From positions 9,243-73,242 of the forward strand of contig JBAZKH010000001.1 of NCBI GenBank assembly GCA_041650935.1: a DNA stretch of 64,000 nucleotides, written 5' to 3'. Under the pieces are notes generated by a model that ran no database searches, was not told the origin of the DNA, and worked only from the letters and a program-made list of their open reading frames with translations. This DNA is from Candidatus Omnitrophota bacterium. Lineage in GTDB: Bacteria > Omnitrophota > Gorgyraeia > 2-01-FULL-45-10. Positions within the stretch are counted from its first letter, which is position 1, and each line of letters starts with the position of its first letter. Positions 19,407 to 28,467 of this stretch are shown here, piece by piece. The translations under genes and the position numbers were made by a program.

Positions 19407-20934
19407 AGAGAAAAATATAATCCTGATCTATCCCAAGACGGGCATGGACTTCGGCTCGACGGTAGCGCCGCCGCATGCGCTTCTTACGATAGCCGCGCCT
19501 CTACACAGGCAGGGGTACAGGATAGAGATTATCGACCAGAGGGTCGATAAGAATTGGCAGGAGAGGATAACATCGGCTCTCGGGCCGGAGACTATCTGCG
19601 TGGGTATTTCGTGCATGACCGGTACGCAGATATATTTTGCGGTAGAGATCGCAAAGGCCGTAAGAAGGTCCGGTTACGGAAAGGTGCCGATCGTGTGGGG
19701 CGGGCCGCATCCGTCGATATTGCCGGCCCAGACGCTTGCAAAAGAGTATGTGGATATAGTGTGCGTCGGCGAAGGGGACGTTACTTTCCCCGGCCTCGTA
19801 AAGGCGCTGGAGACCGGCTCGCCATTAAGCGGAATAAACGGCATAGCATTTAAAGACGGAGGCAAGGTTATCGTCAATTCCCCGGCGCCATTACTCGATA
19901 TGGAAGATCTGCTGCCTGTGCCGTGGGAACTTATAGACGTGGAAAGATATATTCACCCCGACATGTATCTCAAGAGATCGCGGGTCCTCGACATCGGCCA
20001 GACGAGCAGGGGCTGTCCTTTTAACTGCGGTTTCTGCTGCAGCGCCAGCCTGCGCATGCGGAAGTGGCGCGCCATGTCCGTCGCAAAGAGCCTGGAGAGG
20101 ATCATAGGGCCGGTCAGGAAATTCAACCTGGACGGGGTCTGGATCAGGGATGACGAATTTTATATAGATAGGGATAGAGCGAACAAGATCTGCGCGGAGA
20201 TAGTAAGGGAGGATCTGAATATCCGGTGGTACACTTCGGGGACGAGGGTCGATGTATTCAACAAAGCGTCGGGCGAGCAGACCGCCCTATTAAAGAAGAG
20301 CGGCGCGTATGTATTGAAGTTCGGCGCGGAATCGGGGAATAACAGGATATTGAAACTGGTTAATAAGGGGATAACGGTCGAAGAGACGATCCGCACGAAC
20401 CTCAAAGCCAGGACGCATGATATCATCCCTGCTTTTGCCCTTATGATAGGTTTCCCGACGGAGACATTCGACGAGGTAAACAATACTATCGACCTCATCT
20501 TCCGCCTGAAGAAAGATAATCCAAAAGCGCAGTTCGAAACAATGGCCATATATACGGCGCTGCCCGGTACTCCCATGTACGAGCTGGCGCTCGGCCACGG
20601 CCTTAAGCCGCCGCAGGACCTGGAGGAATGGAGCGACTGGAATTTCGATGAATACGATTTCCCCGGTAAGAGGATACCGTGGTTTAACGCAAGGGAGCGG
20701 GAGCGCCTGGGAAACATCTCATATATGAGCGTCCTTGCCAACGCCCTGCCGAACGCGATAGACAGCATAGAAAATTTATTCCTGAGAAGTTTATTGAAGA
20801 TACTCTACAGGCCCGTGAGCGCCTATTACAGGTTCAGGTTGAGACACAAGATGTACAGTTTTTCCCTGGACCTTGCGGCCGTGAGATACTTAAGAAAGAA
20901 GATATTTTACAGGAGCCATATCGTAGTAAAGTGA
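19399..20934 (+). CDS. cobalamin-binding (class B) radical SAM enzyme #2
   Basis: B12-binding N-domain, SRGCPFNCGFCCS. 511 aa. Confidence 0.75.
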   Translation: MAKEKNIILIYPKTGMDFGSTVAPPHALLTIAAPLHRQGYRIEIIDQRVDKNWQERITSALGPETICVGISCMTGTQIYFAVEIAKAVRRSGYGKVPIVWGGPHPSILPAQTLAKEYVDIVCVGEGDVTFPGLVKALETGSPLSGINGIAFKDGGKVIVNSPAPLLDMEDLLPVPWELIDVERYIHPDMYLKRSRVLDIGQTSRGCPFNCGFCCSASLRMRKWRAMSVAKSLERIIGPVRKFNLDGVWIRDDEFYIDRDRANKICAEIVREDLNIRWYTSGTRVDVFNKASGEQTALLKKSGAYVLKFGAESGNNRILKLVNKGITVEETIRTNLKARTHDIIPAFALMIGFPTETFDEVNNTIDLIFRLKKDNPKAQFETMAIYTALPGTPMYELALGHGLKPPQDLEEWSDWNFDEYDFPGKRIPWFNARERERLGNISYMSVLANALPNAIDSIENLFLRSLLKILYRPVSAYYRFRLRHKMYSFSLDLAAVRYLRKKIFYRSHIVVK

Positions 20935-20950
20935 AAGGGTTTTTAGCTTT

Positions 20951-21907
20951 ATGGATAAGATGCCGCTTGTCTCCGTTATAACGCCCTTCTATAACGACAT
21001 AAAGTATTTTCCGGAGACTCTCAGTTCCTATTTTGCGCAAAGTTATCCGAATATCGAGATGATAGTCGTAGACGATAATTCCGACCTGCGTCCCGACCCT
21101 ATCGTTCCCGCCCAAATGAAACATCCGGTCAGGATAATCCGTTCGCAGCGGAAACTGGGCCCCGGCGGCGCGCGCAACCTTGGTATCCGGCAGGCGCTGG
21201 GAGAGTTTATCGCTTTTCTGGATTCGGACGATATCTGGAAACCGGATTTTGTCCGGAAATGCGTCGATGTTTTTTTGAAGCACGACGCCGCCGAATGGGT
21301 CTACACGGACGGGTATTATATAATAGACGGCAAGCCCGTTACGAAGCCCAACTCCGCCTACTTTGGATTTAAGAACGGTCTGCCGAAGGGGTTCGAGCCG
21401 AACGAATATCACCTGAAGGGCTATGCCTTCGAGCTGATGTCGGCCAACGTGGTACGGCGCTCCGCCGTCGAACGGGCGGGGTTTTTCACCGAGGGTCTGG
21501 CCATATCCGAGGACTGGGATTTCTTCTGCCGGGTAGGAGCCGGAGGCAACGTTTATGCCGTCGATGAGCCGCTCATCTATTACCGTAAAAGATCGGATGG
21601 GTTCCATTATACGAGGCTCGAAAATTACGCCGCGGTCCATTCCGCTATACTGAAGAAGGTATATGAAAGCCAGGGCCTGCTTCCCGGGAGGCAGGAGGAT
21701 CTCGGCCGGGCCATAGCATTAAGTTACGAACGCGTCGGGATCCAATATCTGAATAAGGGTCTCCCCGCGCAGGCGCGTTACTATCTGACGCATGAAGCCG
21801 CGCGCCCGATAAGTTCGAGTTTCAGGATGACGGTGCTTAAGTGCCTGAGCTTTATGCCGCCCGTTTTCTATAAGGCCGCGATTAAGTTGTACGAATTGAT
21901 CATCTAA
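20951..21907 (+). CDS. family-2 glycosyltransferase
   Basis: VSVITPFYND...VVDDNSD...FLDSDD GT2 motifs. 318 aa. Confidence 0.75.
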   Translation: MDKMPLVSVITPFYNDIKYFPETLSSYFAQSYPNIEMIVVDDNSDLRPDPIVPAQMKHPVRIIRSQRKLGPGGARNLGIRQALGEFIAFLDSDDIWKPDFVRKCVDVFLKHDAAEWVYTDGYYIIDGKPVTKPNSAYFGFKNGLPKGFEPNEYHLKGYAFELMSANVVRRSAVERAGFFTEGLAISEDWDFFCRVGAGGNVYAVDEPLIYYRKRSDGFHYTRLENYAAVHSAILKKVYESQGLLPGRQEDLGRAIALSYERVGIQYLNKGLPAQARYYLTHEAARPISSSFRMTVLKCLSFMPPVFYKAAIKLYELII

Positions 21908-21919
21908 GAAGAGGAAGAG

Positions 21920-23020
21920 ATGCAGGAAGCCAAGTTTGCCTGTGGTGAGATAGCGAAATATTTTAAGCCGGCGGGTCTGGACAGCCTGGTCCATTTCGTG
22001 ACCTATAAGTGTAATGCCAGATGCGCGCACTGTTTCTTCTCGAAGCAGCTCAACAAAGAAGGCGAGCTCTCCAGGGACGAAATTTTCCGCATGATCGGGA
22101 AACTCGGGAAACTGAAAGGGCTCCTCATCTCCGGCGGAGAGCCGTTTTTGCGGGACGACCTTGCCGGGATCGTGGCCGAATATGCGCTCAGGTGCGGCGT
22201 TGCCGTAGCATCGATTCCCACAAACGGATTTAATACGGACCGGATTATCGGCGCCTGTGAAACCATCTTAGGAAAGTGTAAGAACCTGAACCTGACCGTG
22301 GCTGTCTCCATCGACGCTCTCCACGATGATCATGACAGGCGGCGCGGTTTCCCGGGCGGGTTTGCCAGGGCCGCAGAGACCGCCCGGACTCTTGTCGAGT
22401 TGAAAAAGGCTTATCCGCGTTTGCGCGTGCATATCGTTACGGTTATAATGCCCGACAATGCAAAGACCGTCAGGGCCGTCTCCGGGTTTGTCCGGGACCG
22501 GATCGACCCCGATTATCACTGGTTTGAGCCTATGCGCCGGTTGTCCGGGAAGAGTCTTCCCCTGGAAGGTATCGCGCCGGATGAGTTGAGGAGATTTTTA
22601 AACGAGAATATCATATACTATTTTAAGAAGATCAAAGGCAGTTCGCAGAATATATATTCGAGCCGCAGGCTGAATAACGCCATAATAAATTTTGCGCTCA
22701 ACAACCTTAATATTGCGCTCGACAATTTCTTAGACGGCAAGAGATGGCCGGTCAAATGTGTCGCTGGCAGGAGGATAGCGGTCCTTTACCCGGACGGCGC
22801 CGTCTCGGCCTGCGAACTGCGTGAGCCGGTAGCGACGGTGCGCGATTTCGGTTATGATCTGCGGAGGTTGTTAAAGGACTATAAGTTTAAGGATGAAGTC
22901 AGGGATATATCGAAGGGGAACTGCAGCTGCTTCCACGGCTGTTTCATACCTCCTTCCGTCAGGTTCGATCCGCTCCAGATGGGCCGGCTGGCGTTTAAGA
23001 CGCTTTTCACCAAATACTAA
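21920..23020 (+). CDS. radical SAM enzyme with C-terminal SPASM/twitch-like Cys-rich domain
   Basis: FVTYKCNARCAHCF CxxxCxxC, GGEP motif, C-terminal ..GNCSCFHGCF Cys cluster. 366 aa. Confidence 0.6.
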   Translation: MQEAKFACGEIAKYFKPAGLDSLVHFVTYKCNARCAHCFFSKQLNKEGELSRDEIFRMIGKLGKLKGLLISGGEPFLRDDLAGIVAEYALRCGVAVASIPTNGFNTDRIIGACETILGKCKNLNLTVAVSIDALHDDHDRRRGFPGGFARAAETARTLVELKKAYPRLRVHIVTVIMPDNAKTVRAVSGFVRDRIDPDYHWFEPMRRLSGKSLPLEGIAPDELRRFLNENIIYYFKKIKGSSQNIYSSRRLNNAIINFALNNLNIALDNFLDGKRWPVKCVAGRRIAVLYPDGAVSACELREPVATVRDFGYDLRRLLKDYKFKDEVRDISKGNCSCFHGCFIPPSVRFDPLQMGRLAFKTLFTKY

Positions 23021-23042
23021 AAAGGAGCCAGGAGACGCCAAG

Positions 23043-23747
23043 ATGAAGACGACCTTAATATTACCTACTTTGAATGAATTGGGCGGCATGAAAGAGATCA
23101 TGCCCAAGATAAAGAAGGAATGGTTCGACCAGATAATAGTGGTAGACGGCGGGTCGACGGACGGAACGATAGAATATGCCAGAGATAACGGCTACTCCAT
23201 CTACATCCAGAAAGGGAAGGGTTTAAGGCAGGGTCTGCGGGAGATGTGGGGAATGGTCGAAGGGGATATCGTGGTCACTTTCTCTCCCGACGGCAATTCG
23301 ATCCCGGAACTCATCCCGCCGCTTATAGAGAAGATGAAAGGCGGATACGACATGGTGATCGTCTCGCGGTATGCCAAGGGCGCGAGAAGTTACGACGACG
23401 ATTGGCTGACCCGTTTCGGCAACTGGATGTTTACGACGATGATAAACGTCCTTTTCAGGGCGCGTTACGACGACGCCCTTGTAATCTTCCGCGCATATAA
23501 GACAGATCTCATAGACAGGCTGGATATAAATAATGAGGCAAAGTTCCTGACGGCCGCCGAAAGGGCGGGGATACTCATAGGATGGGAACCCCAGCTCTCT
23601 ATCCGCTGTGCCAAGCGGAAACTTAAAGTGGCCGAGATACCGGGCGACGAACCGGCAAGGATATACGGCAAGAGGAAGATGAGACCGTTCCAGTCGGGAT
23701 CGGTCATGCTTGCGCAGATACTTTATGAGATTTTCGTCTGGCGTTAA
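23043..23747 (+). CDS. family-2 glycosyltransferase (DPM1-like)
   Basis: TLILPTLNE...VVDGGSTDGT... from ATG 23043. The track ORF starts at 22893, but its first 50 aa overlap the radical SAM gene and look non-coding. Confidence 0.7.
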   Translation: MKTTLILPTLNELGGMKEIMPKIKKEWFDQIIVVDGGSTDGTIEYARDNGYSIYIQKGKGLRQGLREMWGMVEGDIVVTFSPDGNSIPELIPPLIEKMKGGYDMVIVSRYAKGARSYDDDWLTRFGNWMFTTMINVLFRARYDDALVIFRAYKTDLIDRLDINNEAKFLTAAERAGILIGWEPQLSIRCAKRKLKVAEIPGDEPARIYGKRKMRPFQSGSVMLAQILYEIFVWR

Positions 23748-23761
23748 ATTTTAACGAAAAT

Positions 23762-24733
23762 ATGAAGATGAATAAAGCACAACTTACGGCGCTTTATGAG
23801 ACGATGCTTAAGATCAGGCTCGTCGAGCTGAAGATAGAAGAGCTCTATCCTCAGGACGAGATGCGGACACCCGTCCATCTCTGCATAGGCCAGGAGGCGG
23901 CGCCGGCCGGAGTTTGCGCGAATCTGGAAAAGGACGATTACGTCTTCAGCAACCATCGCGGGCACGGACACTATATCGCCATGGGCGGCGATCTGAGGTC
24001 CATGATCGCCGAATTATACTGCAAAGAGACCGGCTGTTCCAAAGGCCGGGGCGGCTCGATGCATCTTATAGATACCGCCGCCGGGTTCATCGGCAGTTCT
24101 TCGATCGTGGCCGGCAGTATACCTATTGCGACGGGCGCGGCTCTCGCTTCGGTATTACGCAATAGGCGCGGAAGAGTATCCGTAGTCTTCTTCGGCGATG
24201 CGGCCTCCGAGGAGGGCGTCCTCTTCGAGAGCATGAACTTTGCCGCGCTGAAGCGCCTGCCCGTCGTCTATGTGTGCGAGAATAATTTCTATTCGGTCTT
24301 TTCTCATCAAAGCGCAAGGCAGGCCAACTGCGACATCTTCAAAAGGCCGAGAGCGTTCGACATACCTTCATATCTCGCAGACGGGACCGACGCGGCCGAT
24401 GTCTACCTGAAATCACGGAAGGCCGTTTGCGATGCCCGTTCAGGCAGGGGCCCGTCGTTTCTGGAGTGCAGGGCATACCGCTGGAGGGGCCATGCCGGCC
24501 CCGGCGATCCCCTCAAAGACTCTTACAGAAAACCGGGCGAATGGGATGAATGGATCGTGAAGGACCCGGTTAAAAAATTTGAAGGCGTTCTTAAAAAGAA
24601 GAAGGTTATTACGGGTAAAAGTATAGAAAAGCTTCGGGCAAAGATCGAGAGGGAGATCATGGAGGCATTCGAATTTGCCATACGGTCTCCTCTGCCTGCG
24701 CGGAGCGCAGTTGCGGAATATCTGGTGGGTTAG
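23762..24733 (+). CDS. thiamine-diphosphate-dependent dehydrogenase E1 component, alpha subunit (PdhA/AcoA-like)
   Basis: HLCIGQEA...NHRGHGH..GGDL...GGSMH...GIPIATGAA...VVFFGDAASEEG...YVCENN motifs. 323 aa. Confidence 0.75.
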   Translation: MKMNKAQLTALYETMLKIRLVELKIEELYPQDEMRTPVHLCIGQEAAPAGVCANLEKDDYVFSNHRGHGHYIAMGGDLRSMIAELYCKETGCSKGRGGSMHLIDTAAGFIGSSSIVAGSIPIATGAALASVLRNRRGRVSVVFFGDAASEEGVLFESMNFAALKRLPVVYVCENNFYSVFSHQSARQANCDIFKRPRAFDIPSYLADGTDAADVYLKSRKAVCDARSGRGPSFLECRAYRWRGHAGPGDPLKDSYRKPGEWDEWIVKDPVKKFEGVLKKKKVITGKSIEKLRAKIEREIMEAFEFAIRSPLPARSAVAEYLVG

Positions 24734-24737
24734 ATAT

Positions 24738-25781
24738 ATGCCCTGGACAAAAATTTTAATAGAGAAAAAAGCGCCGGACTTCGATGAAGATGCGGGTAAG
24801 GATTTAAGGAAACTTACCGTACCTGAAGCGATACAGGAGACGCTTTCCCAGGCGCTTGCCGTAGATAAGCGGGTCTTTGTGATGGGTCAGGGCGTTGACG
24901 ATCCCTCAGGGATGTTCGGCATGACGCTTGGCCTCCAGGAGAGATACGGCAGACAGAGGGTTTTTGACACGCCTCTATCCGAAAATGCCCTTACCGGCGT
25001 AGCGATAGGCGCGGCGCTTACGGGCATGAGGCCCGTGTACTTTCATAACAGGCCCGACTTTCTTTTACTGGCAATGGACCAGATCGTGAACCACGCCGCG
25101 AAGTATAGTTATATGTTCGGGGGCAAAGTGCGGATCCCGATGGTAATTGCCGCCGTGATAGGCAGGGGATGGGGCTCCGCCGCCCAGCATTCCCAGTCCC
25201 TGCACGGGCTCTTTATGCACGTCCCGGGACTGCGCCTTGTCATGCCGAGCACCGCATACGACGCAAAGGGGCTGTTGGCTGCCGCGATTGCCGACGGTAA
25301 TCCCGTCATATTCATAGAACATCGCTGGCTCTTTAAGCACAAAAGCCATGTCCCGAAAGAGCTATATACTATCCCGTTCGGCAAAGGGCTGGTGCGGCGT
25401 CAGGGCAGGGATGTGACGATCGTGGGAATTTCCTGTATGGTTATAGAGGCCCTGCGCGCGGCGGAGGAACTGGCGCGCGCAGGCTGCAGCGCCGAGGTGA
25501 TCGATCCCAGGACATTGAGGCCGCTCGATGAAGAGGTCATCCTGAAGTCCGTCAGAAAGACAGGGCGTTTATTGATTGCCGATACCGACTGGCGGACTTG
25601 CGGCGCAGCCTCCGAGATCGCTTCGATAGCGGCGCAAAAAGGATTGAAATACCTTAAAGCGCCTGTGAAGATAGTTGCCTGGCCGGACCTGCCGGTCCCG
25701 GCCAGTTATGTCCTAGAGGAGGCTTTTTATCCGGGTAAGGACGATATCGTAAAAACGGTGAAGGAGTTATTGAAAAGATGA
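24738..25781 (+). CDS. thiamine-diphosphate-dependent dehydrogenase E1 component, beta subunit (transketolase-like)
   Basis: KLTVPEAIQETL...VFVMGQGV...FDTPLSENALTGVAIGAAL. ATG 24738, 4 nt after the alpha stop. Confidence 0.75.
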   Translation: MPWTKILIEKKAPDFDEDAGKDLRKLTVPEAIQETLSQALAVDKRVFVMGQGVDDPSGMFGMTLGLQERYGRQRVFDTPLSENALTGVAIGAALTGMRPVYFHNRPDFLLLAMDQIVNHAAKYSYMFGGKVRIPMVIAAVIGRGWGSAAQHSQSLHGLFMHVPGLRLVMPSTAYDAKGLLAAAIADGNPVIFIEHRWLFKHKSHVPKELYTIPFGKGLVRRQGRDVTIVGISCMVIEALRAAEELARAGCSAEVIDPRTLRPLDEEVILKSVRKTGRLLIADTDWRTCGAASEIASIAAQKGLKYLKAPVKIVAWPDLPVPASYVLEEAFYPGKDDIVKTVKELLKR

Positions 25782-26731
25782 AGAAGACGATTAAACGGAT
25801 GAAGATACTGGTTACCGGAGGAGCGGGCTATATAGGATCTGTGCTGGTGCCCGCGCTATTGAAAGAAGGATTTGAGGTTACCGTGATCGATAACTTCATA
25901 TATAATCAGGCCCCGCTGCTGGACTGTTGTCATGACGACAAGCTGACCATAGTCCGCGCGGACGCCAGGGATAAGAGTATAGTTTCCAGATACCTGAAAG
26001 GGGCCGATGCGATATTCCCGCTGGCCTGTCTTACAGGCGCGCCTCTTTGCCAGCAGAATCCTCTCGAGGCCAGGAGCGTAATCGTAGATGCTTTAAAGAT
26101 GATACTGAGCCTGCGCAGCAAAAAGCAGGCCATCATCTATCCGACTACCAACAGCGGCTATGGAATAGGCCAGAAAGGGATCTTCTGCACAGAGCGGACG
26201 CCGTTACGGCCGGTCTCTCTCTACGGAAGACTAAAAGTTGAGGCGGAGAAGGCACTGCTCGACTCAGGTGATTGTATCACATTGAGGCTCGCCACGGCCT
26301 TCGGTATAAGCCCTCGGATGAGGCTCGATCTCCTGGTCAACGATTTCACCTACCGCGCCGTAAACGACCGGTTCATCGTCCTGTTTGAGGCGCACGCGAA
26401 GAGAAATTATATACACGTCCGGGATGTGGCGAAGGCGTTTATACATTGTCTGAATAATTTTCCGTTCCTTAAGGGCGAGCCGTATAACGTAGGCCTTAGT
26501 GACGCCAATTTGAGCAAGCGGGAACTGTGCGCGGAAATAAAAAAACAGGTGCCGGACTTCTATTTTACCGAGGCGCGGATCGGTCATGATCCGGACAAGA
26601 GGGATTATATCGTCAGTAACGAAAAGATAGAACGGACCGGGTACAGACCCGACTATTCCATCCGGAAGGGTATATCGGAATTGATAAAGGGTTACCAGGT
26701 CGTCAGAAGAAACCAGTTCTCAAACGTATGA
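25778..26731 (+). CDS. NAD-dependent epimerase/dehydratase (SDR) acting on a nucleotide sugar
   Basis: ILVTGGAGYIGSVL, YGRLKVEAE (YxxxK). 317 aa. ATGA overlap upstream. Confidence 0.7.
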   Translation: MKKTIKRMKILVTGGAGYIGSVLVPALLKEGFEVTVIDNFIYNQAPLLDCCHDDKLTIVRADARDKSIVSRYLKGADAIFPLACLTGAPLCQQNPLEARSVIVDALKMILSLRSKKQAIIYPTTNSGYGIGQKGIFCTERTPLRPVSLYGRLKVEAEKALLDSGDCITLRLATAFGISPRMRLDLLVNDFTYRAVNDRFIVLFEAHAKRNYIHVRDVAKAFIHCLNNFPFLKGEPYNVGLSDANLSKRELCAEIKKQVPDFYFTEARIGHDPDKRDYIVSNEKIERTGYRPDYSIRKGISELIKGYQVVRRNQFSNV

Positions 26732-26740
26732 GGTGAAAAG

Positions 26741-27748
26741 ATGATAATATCGAGGACGCCTTTCCGCATCTCTTTTTTCGGCGGAGGGACCGATTATCCT
26801 GCGTGGTACAGGGAGAAGAACGGCGCTGTGCTGGCCACCACCATAAATAAGTACTGCTATATCTCCTGCCGTTATCTTCCTCCTTTCTTTGCCCATAAAT
26901 CGCGGATCATCTACTCGAAGATGGAACAGGTCAGGCGGGTATCCGAGATACAGCATCCTTCCGTCCGGGCCTGTCTTACCCTGATGAGGATAAGGGACGG
27001 CGTGGAGATACACCACGACGGAGATTTGCCTGCAAGGACGGGACTCGGGTCGAGTTCTACGTTCACCGTAGGACTGCTTAACTCCCTGGCCGGGCTGAAG
27101 GGCAACATAATATCGAAGATGGATCTGGCCAAGAAAGCTATCCACGTAGAGCAGGATATGCTGAAGGAGAACGTAGGGTCGCAGGACCAGATATCCGCCG
27201 CTTACGGCGGTTTTAACCTGATAGAATTCAGCGGCGACCACAAATTCAAGATACACCCGGTGACTATCAACCATAAAAGGCTCAACCTATTGCAGGACCA
27301 TCTTCTTCTCTTCTTTACGGGGATTTCCCGCTATGCCTCGGAGATAGCCAGGGAGCAGATAAAGAGGATACCGGACAATAAGAGCGAGCTGGGCGAGATC
27401 TTCGACATGGTCCATGAAGCGGTCGACATAGTCAAAGGCAATGCCGGGTTGTCGCGGTTCGGGAGGCTCTTGAACGAGAGCTGGCAGATCAAGAAGAGGT
27501 TATCGAAACTCATAACGACGCCGGAGATAGACGATATATATTACTCTGCCATAAAAGCCGGGGCGATAGGCGGCAAACTCCTCGGAGCCGGAGGGGGAGG
27601 GTTCATTCTCTTCTTTGCCGAACCCGGAGCGCATCCGCGGATCAGGGAGCGGTTAAAGCATCTTCTTAATGTCCCGTTCAAATTCGAAAATTTCGGCAGC
27701 CAGATAATATTCTACGATCCTACCGGTTCGCTCGAGAGGGGCAAATGA
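26741..27748 (+). CDS. hddA: GHMP kinase, D-glycero-alpha-D-manno-heptose 7-phosphate kinase (HddA-like)
   Basis: MIISRTPFRISFFGGGTD, GLGSSSTF (GHMP motif), GAGGGGF. 335 aa. Confidence 0.7.
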   Translation: MIISRTPFRISFFGGGTDYPAWYREKNGAVLATTINKYCYISCRYLPPFFAHKSRIIYSKMEQVRRVSEIQHPSVRACLTLMRIRDGVEIHHDGDLPARTGLGSSSTFTVGLLNSLAGLKGNIISKMDLAKKAIHVEQDMLKENVGSQDQISAAYGGFNLIEFSGDHKFKIHPVTINHKRLNLLQDHLLLFFTGISRYASEIAREQIKRIPDNKSELGEIFDMVHEAVDIVKGNAGLSRFGRLLNESWQIKKRLSKLITTPEIDDIYYSAIKAGAIGGKLLGAGGGGFILFFAEPGAHPRIRERLKHLLNVPFKFENFGSQIIFYDPTGSLERGK

Positions 27749-28467
27749 ACGGATTCAGCCTATCGAAGATAGACGTCCTTATTTTATGCGGCGGTAAAGG
27801 GGAGCGGCTCAAGGGCCTTGCCGGCGAAAAACCCAAGCCGATGGCCGATATCAGCGGCAGGCCGTTCCTCGATATTCTGATAACACACCTGGCGGGTTTC
27901 GGGTTTCGCAGGTTTATCTTATGCGCCGGTTATAAAGGCGAGGTTATCAGGGATTATTATTCGCAAAAACCGCAGGGCAATTCCGAAATTTTAACGATAA
28001 TAGAGAAGCCGCCGCTAGGGACCGCCGGTGCGATAAAGAACGCGGAGCCGGTTATCGGGACCAACCCTTTCCTGGTTTCGAACGGAGACTCGTTCTGCAA
28101 GCTCGATTACTTTGAATTTGTTAAAGACCATTTCGCAAGAGGCTCTTCATATTCTATGGTCGTAGCCAAGTCGTCGGGTAACCGGGACTGCGGCCTGGTT
28201 AAGCTGAACGATGCCGGCAGGATAACGGGATTTAGCGAGAAAAAGGAGAGCGCGGGCGACGGGTATGTGAATGCCGGCATCTATCTGCTGGATAAGAAGA
28301 TATTTGCCCTTATAAAACGCGGCAAGAAGACGTCGCTGGAACACGACATCTTTCCTGGATTAGCCGGTAAGGATTTTTACGGTTACCCGGTAAATAACGT
28401 TCTTACGGATATAGGGACGCCCGAAAGATATTTGCGGGCCCGGAAACTTTTTGACGATGCAGGCTAA
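27745..28467 (+). CDS. hddC: D-glycero-alpha-D-manno-heptose 1-phosphate guanylyltransferase-like nucleotidyltransferase (HddC-like)
   Basis: VLILCGGKGERLKGL nucleotidyltransferase motif, 240 aa, directly downstream of hddA-like. Confidence 0.6.
   Translation: MNGFSLSKIDVLILCGGKGERLKGLAGEKPKPMADISGRPFLDILITHLAGFGFRRFILCAGYKGEVIRDYYSQKPQGNSEILTIIEKPPLGTAGAIKNAEPVIGTNPFLVSNGDSFCKLDYFEFVKDHFARGSSYSMVVAKSSGNRDCGLVKLNDAGRITGFSEKKESAGDGYVNAGIYLLDKKIFALIKRGKKTSLEHDIFPGLAGKDFYGYPVNNVLTDIGTPERYLRARKLFDDAG

Noticed and set aside
22893-23042. Upstream extension of the GT2 at 23043 (MKSGIYRRGTAAAS...)
   Set aside because: It overlaps the 3' end of the SPASM radical SAM gene and is Arg/Ser-rich. ATG 23043 begins the typical GT2 N-terminus.
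24675-24737. Upstream extension of the E1 beta ORF
   Set aside because: It overlaps E1 alpha. ATG 24738 lies 4 nt after the alpha stop, typical for coupled subunits.
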